Made by a program: the position numbers and the translations under genes. A stretch of DNA of 64,000 nt from the sequence record PP680568.1; one strand, given 5' to 3'. Shown here piece by piece: positions 8,395 to 18,723 of this stretch (its first letter is position 1; each line of letters begins with the position of its first letter). Origin of the DNA: Enterococcus phage VRE9_2. Under the pieces are notes generated by a model. It did no database searches, had not been told where the DNA came from, and was given only the letters and a program-made list of their open reading frames with translations.

Positions 8395-10593
8395 ATGGCT
8401 ATTTATTATAATATTTTATATCCACCATTAGTTCCTATTACGCATCCTGCCTTTGAATTAGGAAAACCAACTGACACGTTTAGACTTTTTTTTGAACCAG
8501 CAGTTGGTAATAAAATTTCTGATTTTAAAGGAGGATTTATTAGAATCAGAAATGCTGAGACAGAAAAAAGTGCGCTATTACCAGTTGGAGAAGGATACCT
8601 AGATGATTTTATTCCTTTTAGAAATCCATTTGCTGAATATATTGATTTAAAAGATCCTTCAAAAAATATAATTCAGCCAACTGGATATAATACTACAATG
8701 CCTTATGTACAAAAAAATACTAATGGAGAATATTTCATTGATATAAAACAAGAAGCTTTTACTATGTCTGGCGCAGAAAAAGATGTTAGATATAAAATGC
8801 AAATTATGTTAACAACAGACTGGCTTTCTTCTACTAAGCCAAATGGAAGAGGAAATATTCAAACTTATTCTAGTGATGTGCAACAATATGTAAATATTGA
8901 TAAAACAACATACTTTGGAGGAAATTTAATTTCTAAGGGATTGTCTGAGTGGTCTACTATTTCTTTAATTTCTCCTGTAAGTGAAGCAATCTATGAATTG
9001 CAATTTGATGGAGATAATATTTTCTCACCAATATTTGAGTTTGTTGGTTCTAATATCCAAGAAAATATTAGAAATAATACAATGGCTAATTATCTTAAGG
9101 CTTATAGAATTGATATTTATAGAGCTAATGGAGACGAAAAAGAACTCTTTATTGATTCAAGTGATTGGATTATCGGTCAAGAGCCTTCTAATATTGAAAT
9201 CAGATGGCAAAATGTAGTAGAATTAGAAGATAAGAATAAGTATATAGTTGAATTATCAATACAAACTGCCTGGGACTTAAGAAAAACATTTACTTACCAT
9301 GTTACAACACAATTTGAAGGAAGCTTATTTAGAGGTACAGTTAGTGTTGAAAACGATCATGATAATGCTCGTTCTAAAATCAAACTAAATATAAAAACAC
9401 CTCTACAATGGGGACCAAAGGAAAACTTTGAAATTTCTCTTAACGATAGAGAATTTGCTGACGCAACTGGAGAAGTATCTGTGCTTGAAGGGATAGACTT
9501 CTTTAATAAACAAGCTGCTATAGCAGGGGAAATGATAGTTTCTGGAATTAACCCAATAAAAACTTGGGAGGCAAAAGAAGACCGGTGGTTCTTCAGGCTC
9601 AAGGGACCAGAAATTTCTACAATAAATCCCTATCAAGAAGAATATCTAATGTATGCTCATACTGCTCCTCTTGGGAAAGATAAGGCTTCTGAAGGTCCAT
9701 ATGAAGACGATATTATTATTAATCCTGTTATTGAAAGTCCATCAGGAGATATATATCTAACTTACCTAGATAGTTCTAAAACTCCTACAACAGAAGGAGG
9801 AATTGTTGGGGGCATGGGAGGTATTGTTACTATTCCAAGCGAAGATTTACCAAGTTCGCATACTTTCTTCTATTTAGAAGACGAAAATCAACAATTATGG
9901 AAAACAACTGTTACAATTAATGGAGAATTCGTTACAGAACAATCTCATGAAAAAGATCCAACAGAATTTTTAAAACCCGTTTGTTTCTTTGATTCCTATC
10001 ATAATATTTTAGTGGTCCCAAGAGTAGAGACAGATGGAACCATTATCCTTGATACAATTTATGAAAACTATGTATTGGGAGAAAATGTTCGTCCGATGTA
10101 TCTTAATGAGTTTAGATTTGTTAAACGAGTTTACGCTCTTGAGCTTGGAAGAAAAACTCTATTAACTACACAAACTTACAAGGCTTACATGAATGATTTT
10201 AATAAGAAATTAAATAAGTGGGTTAAAATACAACCAACAAGAAAATATTACATGTATTTCTCTTGTATTGATGGACAGATAAGATTAATAGTACGAGACC
10301 TATCTGCTGATGATAGTCAAAATAGTTTAGATAGATTTACACTAACTTATTCTGAAGGATTTATGAATAGTGTAGGAATAAGTTCCGATATGTTCTTAAC
10401 GACAACTGGTTTAGGTTCAGATTTCCTACCAAAAGTGGATTTAAGTGGTAAGGAAGTTCCTTATACAATTACAGCAGATGAACGAGGAGTCTTAGGAACG
10501 GACGTTGGAAACATCTCTGCTGCAACAACACGTTCGAGAGATTTATTAACCAGTGACATTGAAGAATTAAAGAGTAAAGGAGAAATAGAATAA
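8395..10593 (+). CDS. Large hypothetical virion structural protein (732 aa).
   Basis: RBS aaaggagaaaaaggagg. Co-directional and tightly packed with neighbours. Confidence 0.5.
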   Translation: MAIYYNILYPPLVPITHPAFELGKPTDTFRLFFEPAVGNKISDFKGGFIRIRNAETEKSALLPVGEGYLDDFIPFRNPFAEYIDLKDPSKNIIQPTGYNTTMPYVQKNTNGEYFIDIKQEAFTMSGAEKDVRYKMQIMLTTDWLSSTKPNGRGNIQTYSSDVQQYVNIDKTTYFGGNLISKGLSEWSTISLISPVSEAIYELQFDGDNIFSPIFEFVGSNIQENIRNNTMANYLKAYRIDIYRANGDEKELFIDSSDWIIGQEPSNIEIRWQNVVELEDKNKYIVELSIQTAWDLRKTFTYHVTTQFEGSLFRGTVSVENDHDNARSKIKLNIKTPLQWGPKENFEISLNDREFADATGEVSVLEGIDFFNKQAAIAGEMIVSGINPIKTWEAKEDRWFFRLKGPEISTINPYQEEYLMYAHTAPLGKDKASEGPYEDDIIINPVIESPSGDIYLTYLDSSKTPTTEGGIVGGMGGIVTIPSEDLPSSHTFFYLEDENQQLWKTTVTINGEFVTEQSHEKDPTEFLKPVCFFDSYHNILVVPRVETDGTIILDTIYENYVLGENVRPMYLNEFRFVKRVYALELGRKTLLTTQTYKAYMNDFNKKLNKWVKIQPTRKYYMYFSCIDGQIRLIVRDLSADDSQNSLDRFTLTYSEGFMNSVGISSDMFLTTTGLGSDFLPKVDLSGKEVPYTITADERGVLGTDVGNISAATTRSRDLLTSDIEELKSKGEIE

Positions 10594-11186
10594 TGGATAA
10601 AGTAGACTTAAAAATACAAGTACCCAGACGATTAGAAATTGATCCTCCAGCTAATGTGGGACCTTCTAAATTCCCTAGTGTTGTAGATCAATTAAAAGTA
10701 ATTGAATATTCAAGTGTCCCTTCTGGCGGACAATTAGAAAAAGATTTACATGATTATTATGCTATCTTAGCGAATGTATCAAATAATACAGCGTCAGAGC
10801 AAGACTTTGTAAAACTTAAAGAGTTAATGTTAAGGGTTCGTAATTATGTTTTAACAGAAGATGATTTCAATCTAATGGCTGATGCTGTTAGAACTACACA
10901 ATCTTATTTAAAGGCATCAATTGAAGCCGCAGATGGCAACTACGAACTAATTTCAATCGTTGCTCAACAACTAGTAGACCAAATTAATGAATGGAGTCTA
11001 TGGCTTCAAGATGAACTAGCAAAAGTAGCAGCTAATAAAAATTGGGGTGCGCCAGTAATTTACAGTGAAAATAGTCCAGGCCCTTCTGCTCTTGGATATT
11101 TATGGGCTCAACCACAAGACGATACCTACATTGCTCCGGCAATCACTTTTAACCCTGATGAAGACTTAAATGATTATCCACAATAA
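10593..11186 (+). CDS. Hypothetical structural protein (197 aa).
   Basis: Start overlaps the upstream stop (TAATG). Packed within the structural operon. Confidence 0.5.
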   Translation: MDKVDLKIQVPRRLEIDPPANVGPSKFPSVVDQLKVIEYSSVPSGGQLEKDLHDYYAILANVSNNTASEQDFVKLKELMLRVRNYVLTEDDFNLMADAVRTTQSYLKASIEAADGNYELISIVAQQLVDQINEWSLWLQDELAKVAANKNWGAPVIYSENSPGPSALGYLWAQPQDDTYIAPAITFNPDEDLNDYPQ

Positions 11187-11200
11187 GGAGGTAGATATAA

Positions 11201-13054
11201 ATGGCAGTACCATTTGCTTCGTTTAAAGAATATGGTAATGACGACTTACAACTATACTATCCCTTATTAATGACTTCTCCAGCTATTCCACAGGCTGGAG
11301 ATAGTTATCTTTCTGATATAGCTTTAAGAGATATTTCAATTAAATCTATATATATGGAAGGTGGTCATATGGAACCTAATTTAGATTGGGATGGTAGTCG
11401 TTATGATTGGGCTTCTGGAGTTACAGAAATACAGTCAGATTTTGTTGATGCAGGAGGAGAATCTCCAACAGGCAATTTTAACTTATTAAAGAATACAGCT
11501 TTGTCAACTTTCCAAAGTACTTATTGGACTTCAGTTTTTGAAAAACCTTATGTAGAGGGCTCTGATGATATTGAACAACCTTATAATTGGATTTATTCTA
11601 ATTCTGAACCTTCTGACCATAGTAAAATTTGGGTTGATACAAAGGAAGAAACTATAGAACCTAAATATTATCAAGATGGCTGGAAAAATTATTATGATTT
11701 TAAACAAGAAGAGTTTAAGGGTGAGGTTGGATTAGTAGAAAATAAAAGAAATGGAAATGCCTTTAGAATTTATAAAGCTCCTAAAATTAATGCTAACGTA
11801 GGTATTGCTCAGTTTGTGCCATTAAAAATAGTTTTATGGCAAGGAGATGCTATCACAGTTGGCTTTAATCTTAGTGAAAAAACCGATTCAGGTGGAGCAG
11901 TAATTCGTATAGAATTCTATGATAATAATAGACAGTTAATTCAAACAAAATATTCTCCTAGATTCTTTAATAAAACTGAAGAAAGTAAACATTTTGGACA
12001 TCCTTTTATTTTTACGGATCGAACAAAAGCGGCAGCTTTTATTAGAGTTTCTATTCTTGGAGTAGAAGACCGAAAAAGTGAATTACAAGTAAATAGAATT
12101 AAAGCAGAAACAGGTATGGAAGATACAGGATGGAATTTACACGAAGAAGAATTATTGTTAAATCTTAATGCAGGAGAAATAGATATTCCAATGCTTAATG
12201 GAGAAGTTGATAAATCTAAATTAATTTCTGAAATTGCAATATTGCGTTCTGTTTTGGGAGAAGGATTATTAAAATGGGAAGAAGTAACTAGACTAAAATC
12301 TAGTTCAGTACAAGAAGCGATTTTGTATGATTATTTTATAGAAAATGGTAATTATTATCGCTATGCTTTGCAACCTATATTAGCAAATGGAATGAAAGGT
12401 GCTATTACATCATTTTTTGATACTGTAACTACTTTTGATGGTTTCTGGTTGTTAGGAGAAAAAGATGAACAATTCTCATTTATTTACAATGGTAAAATTG
12501 GAGAAATTTCCTATGTAAAACCTAGAGATGTTATTCAAACTATTGCAGGACAATATCCATATTTTGTAACCTCTTCTGAATTAGATTATAGAACATATCA
12601 ATTTTCTGGTACATTAACTTATCATCAAGATGTTCACAAATTACTTACTTCTGATAGTTATTCTGTAGCGATATCTCCAGATCCAACTATTCCTATTAGT
12701 TATGTAGAACTAAAATATGGAGATGAAATGTTACTCAATATGAAGAATGATTTAGAAGAAGTACAAGATGGCATGGTAATGCAAAGAATTTGGAGAAATA
12801 AAATTCTAGCATGGTTAAATGATGGAAAACCTAAAATTCTTAAATCAGAAGCTCAAGGAAATATGTTAGTAATGTTAACAAATATTAAGGTTACCCCAAA
12901 TGAACCAACATTTGGTTTAATTTCTGATTTTGAATGTACTGTTACCGAAATTGGAAAACTTGATGAAAAAGCATTACAAAAATATAAACTTCGTAAATCT
13001 TCTATTATGAAAGATGAACTTGTAAAAGAAGCTATGAAAAATACTTCATTCTAA
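11201..13054 (+). CDS. Hypothetical structural protein (617 aa).
   Basis: RBS aaggagg. Large ORF in the late block. Confidence 0.5.
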   Translation: MAVPFASFKEYGNDDLQLYYPLLMTSPAIPQAGDSYLSDIALRDISIKSIYMEGGHMEPNLDWDGSRYDWASGVTEIQSDFVDAGGESPTGNFNLLKNTALSTFQSTYWTSVFEKPYVEGSDDIEQPYNWIYSNSEPSDHSKIWVDTKEETIEPKYYQDGWKNYYDFKQEEFKGEVGLVENKRNGNAFRIYKAPKINANVGIAQFVPLKIVLWQGDAITVGFNLSEKTDSGGAVIRIEFYDNNRQLIQTKYSPRFFNKTEESKHFGHPFIFTDRTKAAAFIRVSILGVEDRKSELQVNRIKAETGMEDTGWNLHEEELLLNLNAGEIDIPMLNGEVDKSKLISEIAILRSVLGEGLLKWEEVTRLKSSSVQEAILYDYFIENGNYYRYALQPILANGMKGAITSFFDTVTTFDGFWLLGEKDEQFSFIYNGKIGEISYVKPRDVIQTIAGQYPYFVTSSELDYRTYQFSGTLTYHQDVHKLLTSDSYSVAISPDPTIPISYVELKYGDEMLLNMKNDLEEVQDGMVMQRIWRNKILAWLNDGKPKILKSEAQGNMLVMLTNIKVTPNEPTFGLISDFECTVTEIGKLDEKALQKYKLRKSSIMKDELVKEAMKNTSF

Positions 13055-13060
13055 TGAAGA

Positions 13061-13103
13061 ATCAAACTGGGGAACTTGTAATAGTACCCAGTTTGATTTT
13101 TTT
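13061..13103 (+). terminator. Rho-independent terminator.
   Basis: Stem atcaaactggg/cccagtttgat followed by TTTTTT. Confidence 0.65.
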
Positions 13104-13150
13104 ATATAAAAAAGAGAAACTTACATACCAAGAGCAAAGGAGAGAAACTA

Positions 13151-15916
13151 ATGAATGAAAATATTAATATTAAGCAGTACCCTACTTCTTTTTTAGAAGA
13201 GCTTTTCGAGCATAATATTAGAGTAGTGCATACTAAGATACAGTTACTTAATTGGGACGAACAAGTTTTAAGAGAAATACAAGGTATTGTAAAAAGTGGA
13301 AGTTATAATGCTGATGGAACAAGTCGAGTAAGAAGAAATCTATCTCTAACTTTTAGTGTAAAAGATAGAGACGATGAATTGGTCTATAAATATCTAACTC
13401 CAGATAAAAAAATAAAATTATATATAGGATTGGAAAATCAAACTTCTCGTTATCAAGAAGATGAAATTATATGGTTTAATATGGGAATTTTTATTTTAAC
13501 CGAACCATCTTATTCTCATTCTGTTGACACAGCGACTATATCAATTAATGCACAAGATAAAATGACTATGCTAAATGGTACATTAGGAGGTCGCCTTCCA
13601 GCCCCAGTAAGTTTTGTAGAAAAAAGAAATGGCAAGAACTATTCCTTCTCTTGGAGAGATATTTTCTTAAGTGCAGCAGTAAATTTTGGGAATGAGAATC
13701 CAGCAAAGGTTATTATTGATTCTGTTCCAGATTATATAAATGAATATACGCAAGTAAAAAATGTAGCTGGATTAAAAGATAAATTTATTCATATTAATGC
13801 TCCTGCAGATATAGATGGAGAAAGAATTATTACTAGAGCTTGGAGTCCAACAGTTCCAGAAACAGAAATTAATTTTTCAAAGGGTGATAGAATCTATAAA
13901 TTGCGCAGATTTGGTCCACCTGATCCATCAGCAGGAACGGTAAGTACTCAAGAATCTTATCAAAAGAATGTAAATGAACCATTAACCTCTATTTTTGAAG
14001 ATATTGTAGAAGCTATGAGTAATACTCATGAATATTTTTATACTCGTGATGGAGATTTAATGTTTCAACCTATTAAGAATTATGTTAACGAGGTATTTGA
14101 CCCTGAAAAAGATACAGATTTAGGATATTTCGCTTATGAATTAGATATGGATGATTTTATTCCTAATTATCTAGGTCTTCCTTTTACCTATAATTTTGCC
14201 GATAAAAAAACTATTATTAGATATAACAACAATCCTAGTTATACAAATATCAAAAATGATTTTATAGCAACTAGAGAAACAGGAGAAATTTTAGAAATAG
14301 CAATAGATCATAAACCAACAATTAGAGAGATCAAGGAATGGTTTATTGGAGTTGCAGAAGATTTTAATATGGATTCTCCAGAAATGGATTTTTTAGCAAA
14401 AGATGGAAAAAGAAGAGAGCCATATAATCCTCAAACTAATACAGTTCCCTTTGAATTTAAAGAAGCCACAGCAGGAAAACCAACACAATATGTTGAAGTT
14501 CCATTAGATAAAATTCCATGGCAAATTGGTTTGGGACTTAAAAATTATTTTATTAGAAATATTTATGGTGCTTCTACTGCAAGAGTTCTCCCTAGATGGG
14601 GAAAAGAATGTGAATCTATGATTTTTAAATGGATTGCATCTGAAGATAAAAAAACTTTGTTGCCAAACACTGGAATTTTTAATCCATCTTTTATTTCTGT
14701 CGGAACTCCGTGGTTAGCAGGTTATCCTATGGCTGCAAGCGCAAACACAGAAAACGATGTTGAATCTTTAGATAAACAGAATCCTATTTTTACTGATAAG
14801 GGTGATTCGGCTTATTGGACTTACTTTCTTGATATTATACCAACAGAATCTAAATTGGGCAAATATTCTATTGAGTTAATTGGTAAACGTTCAATTGGTG
14901 TTTCTAATAAACAGGCAACTACCCTTTTTAGAACAAACCCTAAAGAATTAATTGTTATTACAGAAACAGAATTACAAGATTTAGGCGGAGATATGATATT
15001 AGATAATTTAAAAGCACAAGGAGAAGCTTATGCAGTAATTAGAGATATACAAGATCAATTTTTTATGCCAACAGCAATAACAAAAAATAAAAATGTTATG
15101 CCTTATAGTGCTATGGTTGGAGACCCAGGACGGTTTGAACAATTACGATATATGTTTGCAGAAAGCAATGGAACAGTTCACGAATATCTAGTTGGTGGTA
15201 AACATACTGGTACTATTGGGACAAATAAGAATATGCAAGACCAAGATAAGCCTGGATATGTTACAATTTCTGCTGGTGTATATACTAATCCAGTTACAAA
15301 AAGACAATTTACACAAACAGATTTTGCAACCATAAATACTCCTTTTGGTAGTGAAACAGATTTAACAGAATATGGTTTTATTGCTTATTTATTAAATAAA
15401 AACAGTCGTTGTCCTGACAGTGGAAATCATAATTATTTTGCTGTAGTTAAAAATATAGGTACTCAATGGTACTATGCTAAACAAAATAATGGAAAACCTG
15501 CATGGACTAAATTTAATTGGGATAAAACTAATGACTTTTTGGTAGCAGTATTAAGTAAAACTGTTTATAAAGGGAGCGCAGATTTTCCTGATTGGTCAAG
15601 TGGCAGAATTGACGATTTTCAAGAATTATTTAATATTAGAGATTCTGAAATGGATAATTTATTTACTATTGATGGAGCAGTTGATTTATTTTCTTCTGTC
15701 AGGAATTTAATTTATCAGCATACAAATACTTCAGATGTAGTAACAATAGATGTATTACCAGTTTATCATTTAGAACCAAATACATTAATTTATGCAGAAG
15801 ATGAAATCTCAAATATATCAGGAATGTTTATGATAACAGGATATTCTATACAATTAAACACAGAAGGAAGTCCAACAATGAATATTTCTGCAATACAAAC
15901 AAATCCAGCTATATAA
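13151..15916 (+). CDS. Large hypothetical virion structural protein (921 aa), possibly a tail tip/baseplate protein.
   Basis: RBS caaaggagagaaa. Last gene of the + strand late block. Confidence 0.5.
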   Translation: MNENINIKQYPTSFLEELFEHNIRVVHTKIQLLNWDEQVLREIQGIVKSGSYNADGTSRVRRNLSLTFSVKDRDDELVYKYLTPDKKIKLYIGLENQTSRYQEDEIIWFNMGIFILTEPSYSHSVDTATISINAQDKMTMLNGTLGGRLPAPVSFVEKRNGKNYSFSWRDIFLSAAVNFGNENPAKVIIDSVPDYINEYTQVKNVAGLKDKFIHINAPADIDGERIITRAWSPTVPETEINFSKGDRIYKLRRFGPPDPSAGTVSTQESYQKNVNEPLTSIFEDIVEAMSNTHEYFYTRDGDLMFQPIKNYVNEVFDPEKDTDLGYFAYELDMDDFIPNYLGLPFTYNFADKKTIIRYNNNPSYTNIKNDFIATRETGEILEIAIDHKPTIREIKEWFIGVAEDFNMDSPEMDFLAKDGKRREPYNPQTNTVPFEFKEATAGKPTQYVEVPLDKIPWQIGLGLKNYFIRNIYGASTARVLPRWGKECESMIFKWIASEDKKTLLPNTGIFNPSFISVGTPWLAGYPMAASANTENDVESLDKQNPIFTDKGDSAYWTYFLDIIPTESKLGKYSIELIGKRSIGVSNKQATTLFRTNPKELIVITETELQDLGGDMILDNLKAQGEAYAVIRDIQDQFFMPTAITKNKNVMPYSAMVGDPGRFEQLRYMFAESNGTVHEYLVGGKHTGTIGTNKNMQDQDKPGYVTISAGVYTNPVTKRQFTQTDFATINTPFGSETDLTEYGFIAYLLNKNSRCPDSGNHNYFAVVKNIGTQWYYAKQNNGKPAWTKFNWDKTNDFLVAVLSKTVYKGSADFPDWSSGRIDDFQELFNIRDSEMDNLFTIDGAVDLFSSVRNLIYQHTNTSDVVTIDVLPVYHLEPNTLIYAEDEISNISGMFMITGYSIQLNTEGSPTMNISAIQTNPAI

Positions 15917-15943
15917 AAAAAGAGACCATATAGGTCTCTTTTT
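15914..15943. terminator. Bidirectional rho-independent terminator between convergent late (+) and early (-) transcription.
   Basis: Stem agagacc/ggtctct flanked by an A-run on the left and a T-run on the right. Confidence 0.65.
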
Positions 15944-16427
15944 AGTTCCAATTAATTTCTTGGTGTGAAGCATAATAGCCAATCATAATTGCATCGGCTT
16001 CGTCTTGTGTTGCAGTAATATCAAATATTTCTAACACTTTAGCTTGAGCATTTCTTTTTTGTTCTATTCTATTTTTACCTTTAATCTTAGCAAACCCCTT
16101 CCATTGAGAAGCATATATAAAATCAAAATGAATTTCTGGATGAGCTTCTAAAACTCCAACAGCAAGAACACCTTGTAATTGGGCTAATTGTTTAAAAGTA
16201 GTTTTATTTTGTTGCATTTGAATATCTTCAAACATTATTTTTATTTCTTCTTTAGGATATTTTTCTTTAGTATATTCAATTAAGGCTAATACATTTGCTT
16301 TCTGTTTTGAATATCTTGAAAAATCGTCTCCTTCAGCAGAAAATTTTCCATAGGCAATTAATTCTTGATTCTTATAAACAGAATAACCTGTTACAACTGT
16401 TGCTTGGTCTAAACCTATAAAAATCAT
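15942..16427 (-). CDS. ruvC: RuvC-like Holliday junction resolvase.
   Basis: N-terminal IGLDQATVVTGYSV matches the RuvC catalytic motif (IGIDPG...TG). 161 aa. Confidence 0.65.
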   Translation of the reverse strand: MIFIGLDQATVVTGYSVYKNQELIAYGKFSAEGDDFSRYSKQKANVLALIEYTKEKYPKEEIKIMFEDIQMQQNKTTFKQLAQLQGVLAVGVLEAHPEIHFDFIYASQWKGFAKIKGKNRIEQKRNAQAKVLEIFDITATQDEADAIMIGYYASHQEINWN

Positions 16428-16487
16428 ATTAAAACACCTCCCTACTAATAAGTAGCAAAGAGGTGAGACATGTTGTCTTTTTTTGTC

Positions 16488-16751
16488 CTATATAAGAGAT
16501 GTATCAATTAAAAACGTGAAGGATGTTCCAGTCGCTCTATAAAAAAGAATATCTTTTTTTACATGTTGTAAAGATTCTTCATTTAGATTCAGAGGATTTG
16601 TTTTCCAGAAAGTTTCTAATCTAAATTTTTGAGCTTTTTTAGGTTCATCTGCTACTTCTCTTTTATAAGTTTTAAATGCTTCGTCTTCGTTACGAGCAAA
16701 GATAGCAGCAGAATAAGGGTTTTCTTCTACACTAAAAATAAATACATTCAT
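16488..16751 (-). CDS. Hypothetical protein (87 aa).
   Basis: ORF in an operon between the dUTPase and the resolvase. Confidence 0.45.
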   Translation of the reverse strand: MNVFIFSVEENPYSAAIFARNEDEAFKTYKREVADEPKKAQKFRLETFWKTNPLNLNEESLQHVKKDILFYRATGTSFTFLIDTSLI

Positions 16752-16753
16752 AA

Positions 16754-17551
16754 TTATTTTACCCCCGTACTTCCGTGCCCACCAAGACGTTCTCCTTGAG
16801 CATTATCGTCGTCTACTAACAAGAATTTTGAAAATACTCCTTGTCCAATACGTTCTCCTTTTTTAATATAGATGGTTTCAGGACCAAAATTTAGAAATTG
16901 GAACATGATATGACCATCATTATCAGGGTTGCTATAGTAGTCACCGTCAATAACTCCCACACCATTTGTTAAAACTAAGAAACGTTTTAATGGGTTTGAG
17001 GAACGATTGAATAAAGCTAAATATTCATCTGGTTCCATATAAGCTTTTACTCCTGTTGGAACTAAAACTGGTTTAAATTGCTTACTTAAAGTTTTAATTT
17101 CTGAAATAGCTTCATCACTTAATAGCTCTTTTAAAATTTCATTATTTTGATTTTCTAAATTTAGAGTATTAAATAATGCTGTATAAGAAGCAGGATCTGA
17201 TGCTAATTCTTCTAAATCAATGCCTTTGTCTTTTAAAAGTTGAGTAATCTTACTAAGGAAATCTGTAACTTTAGAGAATAATTCTAAAGACTCAACTTCT
17301 GTTAAATGTTCCATAACTTCACTAATCGAATTTGGATCTTGTAAATCAATATTAAAACCAAATAAATCTTTAGAAAGAATACTTGAAATTGATTTTTTGT
17401 GAATTTCTTTAATATCCCAAACCGAAGGAATTACAATATCATCTGATGCTTCAAAATCATATCCTGCTGCACGAGCAGTTGCTCGAACAGGCAGGTTAAT
17501 ATTTTTATCTTCAAAACCTTTTGCTACTTCAAATCCACGTACTTTTGTCAT
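16754..17551 (-). CDS. dut: dUTP diphosphatase (trimeric dUTPase family) carrying an internal insertion of about 120 aa.
   Basis: Motif 1 ARAAGYDF, motif 3 GVIDGDYY, motif 4 ERIGQ and motif 5 RLGGHGSTG are present. A 265-aa protein with about 120 residues inserted between motif 1 and a degenerate motif 2 (NRSSNPLKR). Confidence 0.7.
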   Translation of the reverse strand: MTKVRGFEVAKGFEDKNINLPVRATARAAGYDFEASDDIVIPSVWDIKEIHKKSISSILSKDLFGFNIDLQDPNSISEVMEHLTEVESLELFSKVTDFLSKITQLLKDKGIDLEELASDPASYTALFNTLNLENQNNEILKELLSDEAISEIKTLSKQFKPVLVPTGVKAYMEPDEYLALFNRSSNPLKRFLVLTNGVGVIDGDYYSNPDNDGHIMFQFLNFGPETIYIKKGERIGQGVFSKFLLVDDDNAQGERLGGHGSTGVK

Positions 17552-17553
17552 AA

Positions 17554-18015
17554 TTATTTAGTCTCCTTTTTATCTTTTTGTGTAAAATCTTTAATTGACT
17601 CAACAATCCAATCATTGCTAACTAATTTAAAATAAGTAAGTCCAATATAAAGTCCAAGTTCATCATGAGAAGTATTATCAATATCTCGTACATCCATCAT
17701 ATCAATCATATCAGCTTCTACAATATCATTTTCATTTTTGTCTTTAATATTTTCTTTTGGTTGGCAAAAACTAGAATCTTTTAAATAACCTAATATATGT
17801 TGAGCTACTTCTTTATCTGTAGATTCAGTTCGATCAAAAATTACATTATAATTAATATCTCGTGAATTAAGCCAAAAATATTTTCCAAAAGACTTTCTAA
17901 CAAAAGTTAAAATAGCTTGATAAATATCTTCTTCTGATAATTTAGGTGCGTCTTTTAAAGCTTGTGTAATTAAATCCGATTTTTTCATTGTGTGTCCATC
18001 ATTTTTCTTTTTCAT
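17554..18015 (-). CDS. Hypothetical protein (153 aa).
   Basis: ORF with the RBS and start of the downstream gene abutting it. Confidence 0.45.
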   Translation of the reverse strand: MKKKNDGHTMKKSDLITQALKDAPKLSEEDIYQAILTFVRKSFGKYFWLNSRDINYNVIFDRTESTDKEVAQHILGYLKDSSFCQPKENIKDKNENDIVEADMIDMMDVRDIDNTSHDELGLYIGLTYFKLVSNDWIVESIKDFTQKDKKETK

Positions 18016-18016
18016 A

Positions 18017-18598
18017 TTAATTATTCTCCTTTAATTTTTCCATAATTTTATCTTGTAAAGCACTTAATGCCATCCATACGAAAGGTGTATCTGAAAAATA
18101 GTAAGCATCTGGTTTTCTATCAATTTCAGCATAATCTTTTTTATCTGCTTCAATCCGTCGTTTGATTTCATTTACGTCAGGGTTCTTTTGTCTACCCTTT
18201 GCTCGCTCTATTCTGATCTTTTCATCTGCTACGATTTCTATTAACATAACATTTGTATCATCTGATTTACCTACCCAATCAGCTACTTCAAACGCGGTTT
18301 CTTTTTCGCAAGTCATTAAATAAATAGATTCTTTGTCTCGGGCTTGAGCAGTAATACCAAAGTAAACACCATAATTCCAATTATTAAATACCTTAGGAAA
18401 TAGAATTTCTTTTTTTTCTACTCCTTTTTGAAAAGCTTCATCAGTTAAAAATTGATAATAAGCTTCTTCTTTATCAGAACGTTTAGGTCTTGTTGTTGGT
18501 CGTTTGGCTAAATAAGCGTCTACACCAAGAGAGCCAAGTAATTTCCTTGCAATATAATCTTTACCAGCTCCTGTTTGTCCATATAAGATTACTAACAT
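18017..18598 (-). CDS. gmk: Guanylate kinase-like P-loop nucleotide monophosphate kinase.
   Basis: Walker A GQTGAGKD and the guanylate-kinase signature TTRPKR...E..YYQF. Confidence 0.6.
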   Translation of the reverse strand: MLVILYGQTGAGKDYIARKLLGSLGVDAYLAKRPTTRPKRSDKEEAYYQFLTDEAFQKGVEKKEILFPKVFNNWNYGVYFGITAQARDKESIYLMTCEKETAFEVADWVGKSDDTNVMLIEIVADEKIRIERAKGRQKNPDVNEIKRRIEADKKDYAEIDRKPDAYYFSDTPFVWMALSALQDKIMEKLKENN

Positions 18599-18629
18599 TT
18601 TATCTCTCCTTGTTTTAACTTTATAATTA

Positions 18630-18658
18630 ATTATAACATATTATATATTATTTGTCAA
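18630..18658 (-). promoter_or_regulatory. Sigma-A-type promoter with extended -10 (TTGACA-17-TGtTATAAT), reading leftward.
   Basis: On the - strand: TTGACA aataatatataatatgt TATAAT. Located 25-60 nt upstream of the kinase start. Confidence 0.55.
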
Positions 18659-18723
18659 TCTTTCGCCAAGATCCCAGTTTTAAGCGCTGAGACCTTTAAC
18701 GTAAGATAATTAACCTCGTCGGA

